From: an uncultured Gemmatimonadota bacterium
Lineage (GTDB): Bacteria > JAAXHH01
Assembly: GCA_951812955.1 (NCBI GenBank)
Contig: OX638340.1
Location: forward strand, 1,440,001 to 1,504,000
DNA: 64,000 nucleotides
Direction: 5' to 3'
The notes beneath the pieces were generated by a model. It was not told the DNA's origin. It saw only the letters and a list, made by a program, of their open reading frames with translations, and made no database searches. The translations under genes and the position numbers were made by a program. Of this stretch, positions 19,712 through 28,754 are shown piece after piece. Each line of letters starts with the position of its first letter. Within the stretch, counting starts at the first letter, position 1.

Positions 19712-21169
19712 TCAGCGTTCAAACAGGCTGCCCATCATATCGCTGTAGGAACGCCGGCCGGCGGCGACGTTCTTGCTGATCCTGGAATGCTGGTGAAGGC
19801 CCTCCAGCAGGAACTCCATTACAAGAGCGAGTTCCGCCCGGCTTTGCGTACCGACGTGCGCGGCGGCCAGCTTCCGCAATCCGCCGACACCGTTCAGCGC
19901 GCCGTAATAAGATTTGTCGTCCATGGTGTCCGAAATCTCGACTGTTTTTCCCTCTTCGAACCAGGCGAGGATTTCCTGGTAGCACGCGCCGCGTTCGTCG
20001 TCCTCGCCGTAAACCGCGGGGAAGTAGCTTTCGAAGACTTCTTTCACGGCCCGTCCGATCAGCGCCTCGGCCACTTTGACCTCGCCCTCCTGTTCGCCCT
20101 CGTACACGAGTTCGAGCTTGCCGGTCATCGCGGGTATCACGGCGGATAGATCGCACATGCGGGGCACGACGGACCGTTCGCCCTGCAATACACATCGTTT
20201 TTCGACCTGGCTGACCAGGTTCTCCATGGCGGCGATGGTCATGCGCGTGCTCACGCCGGAAGTCTGGTCGATGAACTCGCTGCCCCGGGCCTGGAATGCA
20301 ATCTCTTCCACCGTTTCGCGCAGAAAGTGCGGCATGTCGACGCGTACGCCGCCGGGCCGGTCGGTCCAGGCCTCGCGGTCGGTTATGGCCATGGCGTATT
20401 CGCGGTTGACCGGGTAATGGGTGAGGATCTGCGAATCGATCCGGTCCTTTAGCGGGGTGATGATGGTGCCCCGGTTGGTATAGTCCTCCGGGTTCGCCGA
20501 AAAGACGATCAACACGTCCAGTGGGATCCGTACGGGAAATCCCCGGATCTGGATGTCCTTTTCTTCCATGATATTCAGCAGGCCGACCTGGATGCGGGGC
20601 TGCAGGTCGGGCAATTCGTTCACGGCGAAAATGCCGCGGTTCATCCGCGGGATAATGCCGAAATGGATCACGCCCTCATGGGCGTAGTGAAGACGCTGGG
20701 AGGCCGCCTTGATCGGGTCGATGTCGCCGATCAAATCGGAAATGGTCACGTCCGGCGTGGCGAGTTTCTCGCCATAGCGCCGCGACCGGCCGATCCATTC
20801 GATGGGCGTGCCGTCTCCGTGCTCGGTCACTAGGTCCCGCGCGCTCCGACTGACAGGCGCGAAGGGCGAACTGTTGATTTCGCAGCCCGCGATCACCGGC
20901 ATGTATTCGTCGAGTAGCGAGACCAGGGATCTTAGGATGCGGGTCTTTGCCTGACCGCGCAGGCCGAGGAGAATGAAGTCGTGCCGGGACAGGATCGCGT
21001 TGACCAGCTCGGGGACAACGGTCTTGTCATACCCTACAATGCCGGGAAAGACCTGCTCGCCGCTGGAGAGTTTGGCCAACAGGTTGTCCCGCATCTCGTC
21101 CTTGACAGTTCGCTGCGGATAACCCATGCCGCGCAGCGCACCGATGGTCGTGGCAGCGGTGTAGTCCAT
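19712..21169 (-). CDS. AAA+ ATPase, Mg-chelatase ChlI/BchI-like (COG1239-type)
   Basis: Walker A GLRGQAKT, sensor/arginine-finger region IFAVNELPDLQPRIQVGLLNIMEEKDIQIRGFPVRIPLDVLIVFSANPEDY. Confidence 0.75.
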   Translation of the reverse strand: MDYTAATTIGALRGMGYPQRTVKDEMRDNLLAKLSSGEQVFPGIVGYDKTVVPELVNAILSRHDFILLGLRGQAKTRILRSLVSLLDEYMPVIAGCEINSSPFAPVSRSARDLVTEHGDGTPIEWIGRSRRYGEKLATPDVTISDLIGDIDPIKAASQRLHYAHEGVIHFGIIPRMNRGIFAVNELPDLQPRIQVGLLNIMEEKDIQIRGFPVRIPLDVLIVFSANPEDYTNRGTIITPLKDRIDSQILTHYPVNREYAMAITDREAWTDRPGGVRVDMPHFLRETVEEIAFQARGSEFIDQTSGVSTRMTIAAMENLVSQVEKRCVLQGERSVVPRMCDLSAVIPAMTGKLELVYEGEQEGEVKVAEALIGRAVKEVFESYFPAVYGEDDERGACYQEILAWFEEGKTVEISDTMDDKSYYGALNGVGGLRKLAAAHVGTQSRAELALVMEFLLEGLHQHSRISKNVAAGRRSYSDMMGSLFER

Positions 21170-21357
21170 GTGCTCCCGGGAGTCCGTAAAGGGTTGGTTT
21201 CGAGGGGAGATTCCGTAGGTAGGGATATCCCATTCGACAGTCGACGGATTCTATCGCGCAAAGCCCGTTCTGTCAACAGTTTTTTGGATTCTCCCGCGCG
21301 CCGGCGCACCGTCTTTTCGTTTGACTTCACAGGGCTCCAGGGCTAAGTTGTAAGGTC

Positions 21358-22329
21358 ATGAAGAACCCGATCCACGCAGCGCTCATCGCGTTGCTGGCCG
21401 TCGCGCTGATTGCCGCGGGGCTGGTGGAAATACGCTGGCACGTCATCGAACGGTTCATCGGCGCGTACATGGACGCCCGCAACGATTCCCGCGAACGGCT
21501 GGAGCGGTTTGTCGACCAGGAAAGCCGGACCACCCAGGCGCTGGAGCACGCAAACCGGCTGATCGAAGAGCGCAGCCAGGTAGCGTCGGACGCGGTGGAG
21601 GAACCCGCACGGCGGGACACCCGGTCCGGTTCGCCGTCCGATGTAGTCCGGCTGGAACGCGGTCACAAACTGATTATGACCCGGGACCGGTTCCTCGAAA
21701 TCCCCCGATGGTTCACCGGGTTCGGTCATCCGCCCGCGGCGCAGTCCGGCACAATGTCGAGCGGCCAGCCGCATGTACCGCCTGCCTCGCAGGCTGATTT
21801 GACGTCTTCTTCGGGGGCTGACTTGACGTCTTCCGCGCGGGCTGATTTGACGTCTTCCGCGCGGGCTTCATTACTCTCCCGGTCGCCTTCGGAATCCGAC
21901 CCCGATTTCCTGGAAGACTGGACGCACACGGTCGTCATCCGGCCCGGGTGGATCCGCAAGGGCGAGGCCTACATGGTGGACGACGACAATTACATCCTGC
22001 ACCGGATGCCGATATCTGTCGAGCAATTCGATATCATTGACGCCTACGCCGCGGCGTCCGAAGGACAGATGCACGAAGGCATTGAGCACGTGTTCGGCCC
22101 CGAGGAGTTTTTCGAGACACTGCGGAGCCTGGACATGGAAATGCGTGACGAGATCATCAATCCGCTGCGTTTCAGGGACCTGGAAACCACCGCGCAGCGG
22201 GTAGGGGTATCGGAGGGTCAGCGGATCATCCAGATCGAGCGGTTGATAGACGGCCGGATCGACGTGGTCACCATTCCGGTATCCGCGGACCTGTTCGTGG
22301 AACTGTACGTGGCGCTCGGAGCGCTTTGA
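21358..22329 (+). CDS. Hypothetical membrane-anchored protein with in-frame 8-aa tandem repeats
   Basis: N-terminal signal-anchor helix; stop TGA overlaps the TTG start of the PBP1A ORF. Confidence 0.6.
   Translation: MKNPIHAALIALLAVALIAAGLVEIRWHVIERFIGAYMDARNDSRERLERFVDQESRTTQALEHANRLIEERSQVASDAVEEPARRDTRSGSPSDVVRLERGHKLIMTRDRFLEIPRWFTGFGHPPAAQSGTMSSGQPHVPPASQADLTSSSGADLTSSARADLTSSARASLLSRSPSESDPDFLEDWTHTVVIRPGWIRKGEAYMVDDDNYILHRMPISVEQFDIIDAYAAASEGQMHEGIEHVFGPEEFFETLRSLDMEMRDEIINPLRFRDLETTAQRVGVSEGQRIIQIERLIDGRIDVVTIPVSADLFVELYVALGAL
21793..21864 (+). repeat. 24-bp tandem repeat x3 (gctgatttgacgtcttccgcgcgg), in frame, encoding ADLTSS(A/S)(R/G)
   Basis: Read directly; two perfect and one diverged copy. 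Confidence 0.9.
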
Positions 22330-24845
22330 TCCGTCTGTCGTGGACGGACCGGGATTCGACGATGAACTTCTTTCGAAACCTGCTTGATAGACTCGTGAAC
22401 ATAACCTGGAGGCATCGCGTCCGAACTTTCCTCGCGAAACGCCCGTTCGGATTCCTGTCGGATCGCTTCCGGGAATTCCTGGTGAAAGTGTTACGGAGCT
22501 TCCGGCGGATGCGCCTACGCAGGTCCGGGGGCGGCGGCATGCAAGGGTCCGTGGGCGGCGGCCTGCAAAGCACGGTGGAGGAACGTCGGGGAGGCCCGGG
22601 CGGGCGTTCAAGCAGATTCTTCAGGTGGACGTTTTACGGGGTTTCCGCCGCGTTGCTGACCGGCACGCTTGTGGCCGCCGTATTGTTGTTCTACTTCACT
22701 GTGCCGTCCATTCCCCGCCTTCCGAACGACCTGAACGACATCTTCGGACAGATGACCAGGATCTACGCCTACGACCGGGAAGGCAATCCCCGTCTGGTCC
22801 ATACCCTGGGCGGACATCGCCGGGTCGCCCTTGAGGAGATCGCGCCGTATTTCCGGGACGCGATCATCGCCACAGAGGATGCCGATTTCTATAATCACCG
22901 TGGCGTGGACAAACCCGGCATCGTACGGGCGTTCATAACCAATCTCACGGAAGGTCAGATCCTTGGCCAGGGCGCCAGCACGATCACCCAGCAACTGGCA
23001 CGGCACCTCTTCTTTACCCGCGAGAAGATGTGGATACGCAAGATCAGGGAAGCCCTGGCTTCGATGCAGATAGAGGAGAGATTCAGCAAGGACGAGATCC
23101 TCTCGGCCTACTGCAACAACATGTATTTCGGCGCTGACGCCTATGGCGTGGAAGAGGCCGCGCAGCGATTCTTCAGCAAGCGCGCCGGAGCGCTCACGCT
23201 GGGTGAATCCGCGCTGCTCGCCGGACTGGTCCAGCGGCCGAGCGATTACAATCCCTACTATCGCATGGACCGGGCGCTCAGCCGCAGGGAGACCGTATTC
23301 CGGCGCATGATGGAAAACGGGTACATCACGGAGGAGGAGGTCGCACGGGCCCGTGAGGAGGAGTTGGAACTCAAAGGAACGAGCATCGGTCCGGCCAGGG
23401 GGCCGTACTACCTCGATTACGTCGAGGAACTTCTTCTTCGAAGGTTCGACAGCAACCTGGTTTACAACGGTGGACTGACGGTCTACGTCGCCATGGACCT
23501 CGACCTGCAGGATCTTGCCGAGGAAGTCATCACCAACCGGATGGTTTACGTGGACTCGCTGGTCGGCGATCCGGCGTACGATATGGCTTCGGCGGAAGAG
23601 AAGAAGCGGGCCCTCGAAGCGGCGCTGGTCGCCATCGACCCGCGGACCGGTGCGGTGCGGGCCCTGGCCGGGGGCCGGGACTACACGGTGAGCGAATTCA
23701 ACCGTGCCGTCGAAAGCAACCGGCAACCGGGGTCCGGCTTCAAGCCGATCGTCTACCTGGCAGCGCTGGACCACCTGGGTTATTCCGCCAACACGGTCGT
23801 CGTGGACGAACCCGTGGCCTATACCACCGAACTGGGAGATCTCTGGGAACCGCAGAACTTCACCCGGGAGTACGAAGGCCCCGTCATCCTGAAGCGGGCC
23901 TTCATGCGTTCGATCAACGTGGTCTCCGCGAAACTGGTAAGCGAAGTCGGTCCATCGAAGGTCATCGAGTACGCCCGCCGCCTGGGCATCACCAGCACGC
24001 TGCAGCCCATACTTTCCCTGGCACTGGGCACAAACGGAGTCTCGCCGCTGGAGATGGCTTCCGCCTATTCCGTATTTGCCACAGGCGGGGTCTACCACAA
24101 GCCTTACATCATCACCCGCGTGGAGGATTCCGAGGGCAGGGTGATCGAGGAAGCCGAACCGGAATCGCGCCGCGTGATCAGCGAACAGGCAGCGTACCTG
24201 ATGCTCGACCTCCTGCGCGGGGTCATTCTTGGCGGTACGGGCTCGAGCATACGCTATCGGTACGGGTTCACCGAACCGAGTGGCGGTAAGACCGGGACGT
24301 CAAGCGAATCCAGGGACGTGTGGTTCAACGGTTTCACGAAAGATCTCGCGACTTCCGTATGGGTAGGATACGACGATGCCCGCCCCCTCCTGTCGATCGA
24401 GGAGGACGAAGAGATTACTGGCGCTTCGGGCGCCATACCCGTCTGGGCCAGATTCATGAAACAGGCCACGGTGCTGCAGGAGCAGCGTGAGGTCCGGGCA
24501 CGGTTGGCGGCGGCGGATTCCACGCACGGCCAACCTGGGGGCGGCAACGGGAACGAGACCGGACCGGATGCGGTAGAGGAGATGGCATCAGACGAAACGG
24601 CGGAAACGCTACCGGCCTTCCCCATGCCACTGGGCATCGAAAAAATCCGGGTCGATATCCGCACGGGTCAGTTGTCCCGGGATCCGGAGCACTCCCTGAC
24701 CGTGACCGTCCGTGGCACGAACCCCAGGGAAAGGCCGGACATTATTCCGCCAGGCGGTGACGAACCGGAAGAAACCAGTTCGACGGATCCGCCGGCGCAG
24801 GCAGAACCGCCGGGACAGGCCGGACGGGCGGCACAGGAGAGGTAG
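22326..24845 (+). CDS. mrcA: Penicillin-binding protein 1A (bifunctional glycosyltransferase/transpeptidase)
   Basis: GT51 motifs (EDADFYNHRGVD, RKIREALASMQIEE), transpeptidase SGFKP...SxN...KTGT; long N-terminal cytoplasmic tail; alternative start ATG 22362. Confidence 0.92.
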   Translation: MIRLSWTDRDSTMNFFRNLLDRLVNITWRHRVRTFLAKRPFGFLSDRFREFLVKVLRSFRRMRLRRSGGGGMQGSVGGGLQSTVEERRGGPGGRSSRFFRWTFYGVSAALLTGTLVAAVLLFYFTVPSIPRLPNDLNDIFGQMTRIYAYDREGNPRLVHTLGGHRRVALEEIAPYFRDAIIATEDADFYNHRGVDKPGIVRAFITNLTEGQILGQGASTITQQLARHLFFTREKMWIRKIREALASMQIEERFSKDEILSAYCNNMYFGADAYGVEEAAQRFFSKRAGALTLGESALLAGLVQRPSDYNPYYRMDRALSRRETVFRRMMENGYITEEEVARAREEELELKGTSIGPARGPYYLDYVEELLLRRFDSNLVYNGGLTVYVAMDLDLQDLAEEVITNRMVYVDSLVGDPAYDMASAEEKKRALEAALVAIDPRTGAVRALAGGRDYTVSEFNRAVESNRQPGSGFKPIVYLAALDHLGYSANTVVVDEPVAYTTELGDLWEPQNFTREYEGPVILKRAFMRSINVVSAKLVSEVGPSKVIEYARRLGITSTLQPILSLALGTNGVSPLEMASAYSVFATGGVYHKPYIITRVEDSEGRVIEEAEPESRRVISEQAAYLMLDLLRGVILGGTGSSIRYRYGFTEPSGGKTGTSSESRDVWFNGFTKDLATSVWVGYDDARPLLSIEEDEEITGASGAIPVWARFMKQATVLQEQREVRARLAAADSTHGQPGGGNGNETGPDAVEEMASDETAETLPAFPMPLGIEKIRVDIRTGQLSRDPEHSLTVTVRGTNPRERPDIIPPGGDEPEETSSTDPPAQAEPPGQAGRAAQER

Positions 24846-24850
24846 CCCGG

Positions 24851-24895
24851 GCGGACCAGGCGGACCAGGCGGACCAAGCGGACCAGGCGGACCAG
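24851..24895. repeat. 9-bp microsatellite (GCGGACCAG)x5 immediately after the PBP1A stop
   Basis: Read directly; one variant unit (gcggaccaa). Confidence 0.9.
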
Positions 24896-24943
24896 TTAAT
24901 CGATCGGGCTAGTGTGGGATGACTGGGGAGGCTTCGAAGAGGA

Positions 24944-25456
24944 TCAGTTCCCGCGCGGAAGATCAGGCCCCGTCCGGTTGCGGTCTATCGCATCCCGGAC
25001 CGCGGGGATAAGGAACACGTTATCCAGTGGAAATTCTGCGAAAGCGCGGCCGAGGAGATTGATCCGGCTGTCCGTGTCCAGCCGCTTGTTAATCACGATA
25101 TGGTACCTGTCGCGGTAACGGCACAGCCCGCCGTCTCCATCCAGCTTGCCATAACGGACTCTGATCGACATCCGTTCCGCCAGGTCTTCAAATTCCTGCA
25201 ATAGTGTCATACTGTCCATGTCGCATTCGGAGGCCAGGCCAATCGTCAAAGTCCGCGGGGCTTGAGATCTCCCGGAAAACGCGGACCGGATTCCGATTCG
25301 CACGTCGCTGTTACACTTCGCTTTAATGAATTGTAACATATACCCGACGCCCCGTAGGGTCAAGTACCGATGTACCGCCGCATGAACGGGGCCATCTGCC
25401 TCAGCCCTGGCAAACGAGGGTCCGGGGAGCCTGTTCCGGCGGGCTGCGGGAATCAA
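24944..25456 (-). CDS. Hypothetical protein (only the C-terminal 92 aa from ATG 25219 may be real)
   Basis: ORF only; no SD; mixed GC; no family recognised. Confidence 0.25.
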   Translation of the reverse strand: MIPAARRNRLPGPSFARAEADGPVHAAVHRYLTLRGVGYMLQFIKAKCNSDVRIGIRSAFSGRSQAPRTLTIGLASECDMDSMTLLQEFEDLAERMSIRVRYGKLDGDGGLCRYRDRYHIVINKRLDTDSRINLLGRAFAEFPLDNVFLIPAVRDAIDRNRTGPDLPRGN

Positions 25457-25463
25457 AAAAAAC

Positions 25464-25492
25464 TTGACACAGAGCGGCTGGACTCTGATATT
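25464..25492 (+). promoter_or_regulatory. Candidate sigma70 promoter for the tRNA-Gly/tRNA-Cys pair
   Basis: A-tract, TTGACA (25464-25469), about 17 nt, TGnTATTTT-like -10, about 55 nt before tRNA-Gly. Confidence 0.4.
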
Positions 25493-25550
25493 TTCGGTGA
25501 AATTCGAGGCACTGTCCTCGAATGGTTCGCGCAGTATCAGCGGGAGTAGC

Positions 25551-25622
25551 TCAGCGGTAGAGCATCACCTTGCCAAGGTGAGGGTCGCGGGTTCAAGCCC
25601 CGTCTCCCGCCCTCGGACGTGG
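25551..25622 (+). tRNA. tRNA-Gly (anticodon GCC)
   Basis: Cloverleaf folded by hand: acceptor GCGGGAG/CTCCCGC, anticodon loop TTGCCAA, T-loop TTCAAGC. Confidence 0.9.
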
Positions 25623-25630
25623 CGGCATAG

Positions 25631-25702
25631 CCAAGTGGCTAAGGCACGGGACTGCAAATCCTCGATCGCCGGTTCGAATCCGGCTGCCGCCTTGCTTTTT
25701 CT
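25631..25702 (+). tRNA. tRNA-Cys (anticodon GCA)
   Basis: Acceptor GGCGGCA/TGCCGCC, 3-bp D-stem, anticodon loop CTGCAAA, discriminator U. Confidence 0.9.
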
Positions 25703-25731
25703 TTTCTCTCCTCAGAATGCGTATCGTCGGA

Positions 25732-26424
25732 TTAAAACCTCACCTGGGCGCCCAAAACAACTCTTCGGGCATTACCCTGACCATAACGAAAATCTAAGAA
25801 TGGGACGTACGATATCCCCCTGAATTGGGAAACCGGCAGGTTCTCCCAAGTTTCTGACTTAAATACCCTGCCAGCCATTGCACCGGGCAGCCCGCCGACT
25901 AGTTGGCCCAGGATTGTATAACCGATCCAGTCACCTTTTCCCCAGTCTTCATCGGCAAAAGTAAGAAATACTGCCGCAGTGCCCAAACCCGCTCCAATGA
26001 GGTATCCCTTTCCGATGTTACTTTGCTTTCCTGCACTTCGTTCAAGCCGCGTAACTTCATTGTAGTTAAATCGCTGGATACCGCTCACACCACCACGGTC
26101 AAGTTCAAATCCTTCCGGGTCGACTCGAATGACACTTCCCGTCACCCGGTTGTTTTGATGAGTCACACGAATTCGCTGCCCTGAGTAACGATTGAATGCT
26201 ACCATCGGCCCTTTGGTGATCCTGTCGATCTCTTCCATGGAAAAAACAAACAAGTTCCCGTCTCGTGTTTCCAGTTTGACGGATTCACCAGGGATCTGTT
26301 CAACGATTACCCCCTTAATGATACTCCCATTCTTCAAGTACACGATGTCATCATTCTGCTGAGCTTGCACTTCCTCGGAAACACATAACAAGGCAACGAA
26401 CGCGATAGAAATAAACCGTAACAT
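25732..26424 (-). CDS. Secreted hypothetical protein with C-terminal glycine-zipper segment; lower-GC gene beside the tRNAs
   Basis: Signal peptide MLRFISIAFVALLCVSEEVQA; GYLIGAGLGTAAVFL / LGQLVGGLPGAMAG glycine zippers; TGGAGA SD before the ATG. Confidence 0.6.
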   Translation of the reverse strand: MLRFISIAFVALLCVSEEVQAQQNDDIVYLKNGSIIKGVIVEQIPGESVKLETRDGNLFVFSMEEIDRITKGPMVAFNRYSGQRIRVTHQNNRVTGSVIRVDPEGFELDRGGVSGIQRFNYNEVTRLERSAGKQSNIGKGYLIGAGLGTAAVFLTFADEDWGKGDWIGYTILGQLVGGLPGAMAGRVFKSETWENLPVSQFRGISYVPFLDFRYGQGNARRVVLGAQVRF

Positions 26425-26583
26425 AGTATCTCCATATTGGGATAGTCTCGCCTTGTTGCGAATGGGTTTAGACCTTATGTATTGTATTGACCTGGTTATA
26501 AAAAAGACTCCTTTCTCCTTAATTTGTTTTCAATATCGAACTATAGTACCGTTTCATTGTGGTGAAAAGCAATAACTGCGTTG

Positions 26584-26613
26584 TTGAAAATCTACACTCG
26601 CTTGTCGTATAAT
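26584..26613 (+). promoter_or_regulatory. Candidate sigma70 promoter (TTGAAA-18-TATAAT) in the AT-rich spacer, facing the BNR/PhyH/SDR genes
   Basis: Read directly; perfect -10 hexamer. Confidence 0.3.
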
Positions 26614-26834
26614 CCTGACTTGGACGAGAACGGACCAACCATTCTACCAGGAACAAACCACCCCAATACGCGTCGATAGGCGACTGCGAGACCTGCCCGA
26701 AGAGCTCGTTGACGCTTTCATACGGGCAGCAGTCGGAAGCACTCCCCAGGGCCGTCAGCCATCGGCGCAACGACGTGGAGGCCGGCATCTTTCATTTGTT
26801 TTGTGCAAGGTAGAAGCCGGGATTATCTTATAGC

Positions 26835-27842
26835 ATGGCCGAGATCGATTGGGTTCGACGAATCTACAGTGACGGCTGGCACAACGCCTTCACGGATTTC
26901 CAGCAATTCAAGGGCCGGTATTACGTTTGTTTTCGCAACGGCCTTTCCCACGTGAGCCCCGAGGGGAAGGCGGTGGTGATCGCCAGCGACGACCTGGCCG
27001 GCTGGTCGCGAGCCGGCGTACCGGTCAACACGCCGGGCGACGACCGGGATCCACACATGGTCGCGACCGAAGACAGGTTGTTTGTCTACGCCGGAAGCGT
27101 CACCCGTCCCGACCCTGGACTTACCGGCAACGACGTGGTCCGTGTTATTCGGACCCATGGTGTCTACACTCAGGACGGGGAGACCTGGTCCGATCCCGTC
27201 AAAGTCTACCGGGACGGATTCTGGTTGTGGGGTGTTGGGCGTGGAAATGACCGGTTCTACGGGCTCGCCTATGGAAACGTATCTACGGAAGGGAGTCGGA
27301 AACCGCCCGAGCTTCACCTCGTGCAGTCTACCGACGGGCTGGACTGGGAGCTTGTTTCCGTAGTCACGAAAAACGGGAGTGAGGCCACCTTCCGGATCAC
27401 CGCTAACGGCTCGATGCGCGTAGCCATCCGGGGCGGCGACGAGAATCGGTTCACCCTGGCCACCGCAAGACCCCCGTACACAGACTGGAGTCTTCAGGAC
27501 TTCGGTGAAGTGATCCCGTCACCGTTTCTTGTGGAAGTCGGCGGTGCCGAATACGTGATCGGCCGACAACACGTGCGCGGTCCAGGCGGTCCGGACGATC
27601 CAGGCGATCCGGCGGTCCGCGACCACATTGTCGACAGGCGGACGAGCATCTGGCGGGTGGAGAGCGGCGGAATCGTCCATGTCCTGGATCTGCCTTCCGG
27701 GGGCGACACCTCCTATGCGGGAGTCGTCCAGCAGGAAGACGGATCGCTGCTGATCAGCTACTATTCGCAGCACGAGGTGGAGATAGGTGAGAAACACTAT
27801 CTCTACCCAGCCAACATATATATGGTCCGGGTCAGGCTGTGA
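26835..27842 (+). CDS. BNR/Asp-box repeat protein (sialidase-superfamily beta-propeller); no signal peptide
   Basis: Asp-box motifs YTQDGETWSDP and QSTDGLDWEL. Confidence 0.7.
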   Translation: MAEIDWVRRIYSDGWHNAFTDFQQFKGRYYVCFRNGLSHVSPEGKAVVIASDDLAGWSRAGVPVNTPGDDRDPHMVATEDRLFVYAGSVTRPDPGLTGNDVVRVIRTHGVYTQDGETWSDPVKVYRDGFWLWGVGRGNDRFYGLAYGNVSTEGSRKPPELHLVQSTDGLDWELVSVVTKNGSEATFRITANGSMRVAIRGGDENRFTLATARPPYTDWSLQDFGEVIPSPFLVEVGGAEYVIGRQHVRGPGGPDDPGDPAVRDHIVDRRTSIWRVESGGIVHVLDLPSGGDTSYAGVVQQEDGSLLISYYSQHEVEIGEKHYLYPANIYMVRVRL

Positions 27843-27917
27843 GCCCGAATGAGGTGACGCCATGAACACGAACAGGGTCCTCGATCCACGTACATGGTTA
27901 TTAAGACCGGAGTTTTC

Positions 27918-28754
27918 ATGCCCCTGAGCGCCATACGAGAAGGAGAGCGGTTCACCGACAAGGAAACCGAACGTATCCTCCGTTGCTTTCAGCGTGATGG
28001 ATACTACGCCTTCGGCAGGTTGCTGGAAGACGAGGAATTGGAAGCCCTGCGCTCCGATATGCAGCGCAAGTGGGACGACCCCCGCATGCACGAACCGGCG
28101 CGGGACCAGATCCGCGGGCACAGCCTGATGCGCATGTTCGAGTACTCCTACGCCTTTCGCGACCTGATCGTCCGCGAACCCTTCGCCAGCCTGGCGGAAG
28201 CAATACTCGGCGACGACTGTCACTGCATGTCCCAGAACGCGCTGTACACGCCGCCCAATCCCAAGGCCGTCGAGGACGGTCCCGGGGGATGGCACCTGGA
28301 CGACCTGGTCCATTTTCCGCTGCCCGATGGCGTGCCGCGTCACGACCCCGCCGTGCCCCCGCCCTGTTTCGTCATGCAGGTCTTCACGCCGCTGACCGAC
28401 GTGGAAGCGGTTCGATACGGTCCGACCCAGGTCGTTCCCGGCAGCCATTTCGCGGGACGCCAGCCGCACCTTCCGCATGAACAGGATCGTCCGGAATTCG
28501 AAGGCAGGGGCCCCCACTCCTTCCTCGTCCGGAAGGGCGACGCCTACATGTTCAATAACCAGGTCTGGCACCGTGGAGCGCCGAACGCATCCGACCGTAC
28601 CCGGCTCATGGCCGGCGTCACGTACAGCAAGCGGTTCGTCTCCCAGAAATTCCATCCCTTCATCGACTACCGCATGCCCGGCCACGTGTGGGCCGAAGCT
28701 TCGCCCCGCCTGCAGCGCATGCTGGGTCGGCACAGCAAAGGAGCCTACGGCTGA
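27918..28754 (+). CDS. Phytanoyl-CoA dioxygenase (PhyH) family Fe(II)/2-oxoglutarate oxygenase
   Basis: PhyH-type HxD...H (WHLDD ... VWHRGAPNASDRTR); ATG 27918 with GGAG SD preferred over ATG 27894. Confidence 0.85.
   Translation: MPLSAIREGERFTDKETERILRCFQRDGYYAFGRLLEDEELEALRSDMQRKWDDPRMHEPARDQIRGHSLMRMFEYSYAFRDLIVREPFASLAEAILGDDCHCMSQNALYTPPNPKAVEDGPGGWHLDDLVHFPLPDGVPRHDPAVPPPCFVMQVFTPLTDVEAVRYGPTQVVPGSHFAGRQPHLPHEQDRPEFEGRGPHSFLVRKGDAYMFNNQVWHRGAPNASDRTRLMAGVTYSKRFVSQKFHPFIDYRMPGHVWAEASPRLQRMLGRHSKGAYG

Noticed and set aside
24849-24896. Possible CRISPR-like or other spaced repeats in the 9-bp, 24-bp and 44-bp arrays
   Set aside because: All arrays are contiguous tandem repeats without spacers and there are no cas genes, so they are microsatellite/minisatellite-type repeats, not CRISPR.
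26519-26788. 89-aa minus-strand ORF in the AT-rich spacer after the glycine-zipper gene
   Set aside because: No SD; low-complexity product. The region better fits a promoter/spacer and contains a plus-strand TTGAAA-18-TATAAT.
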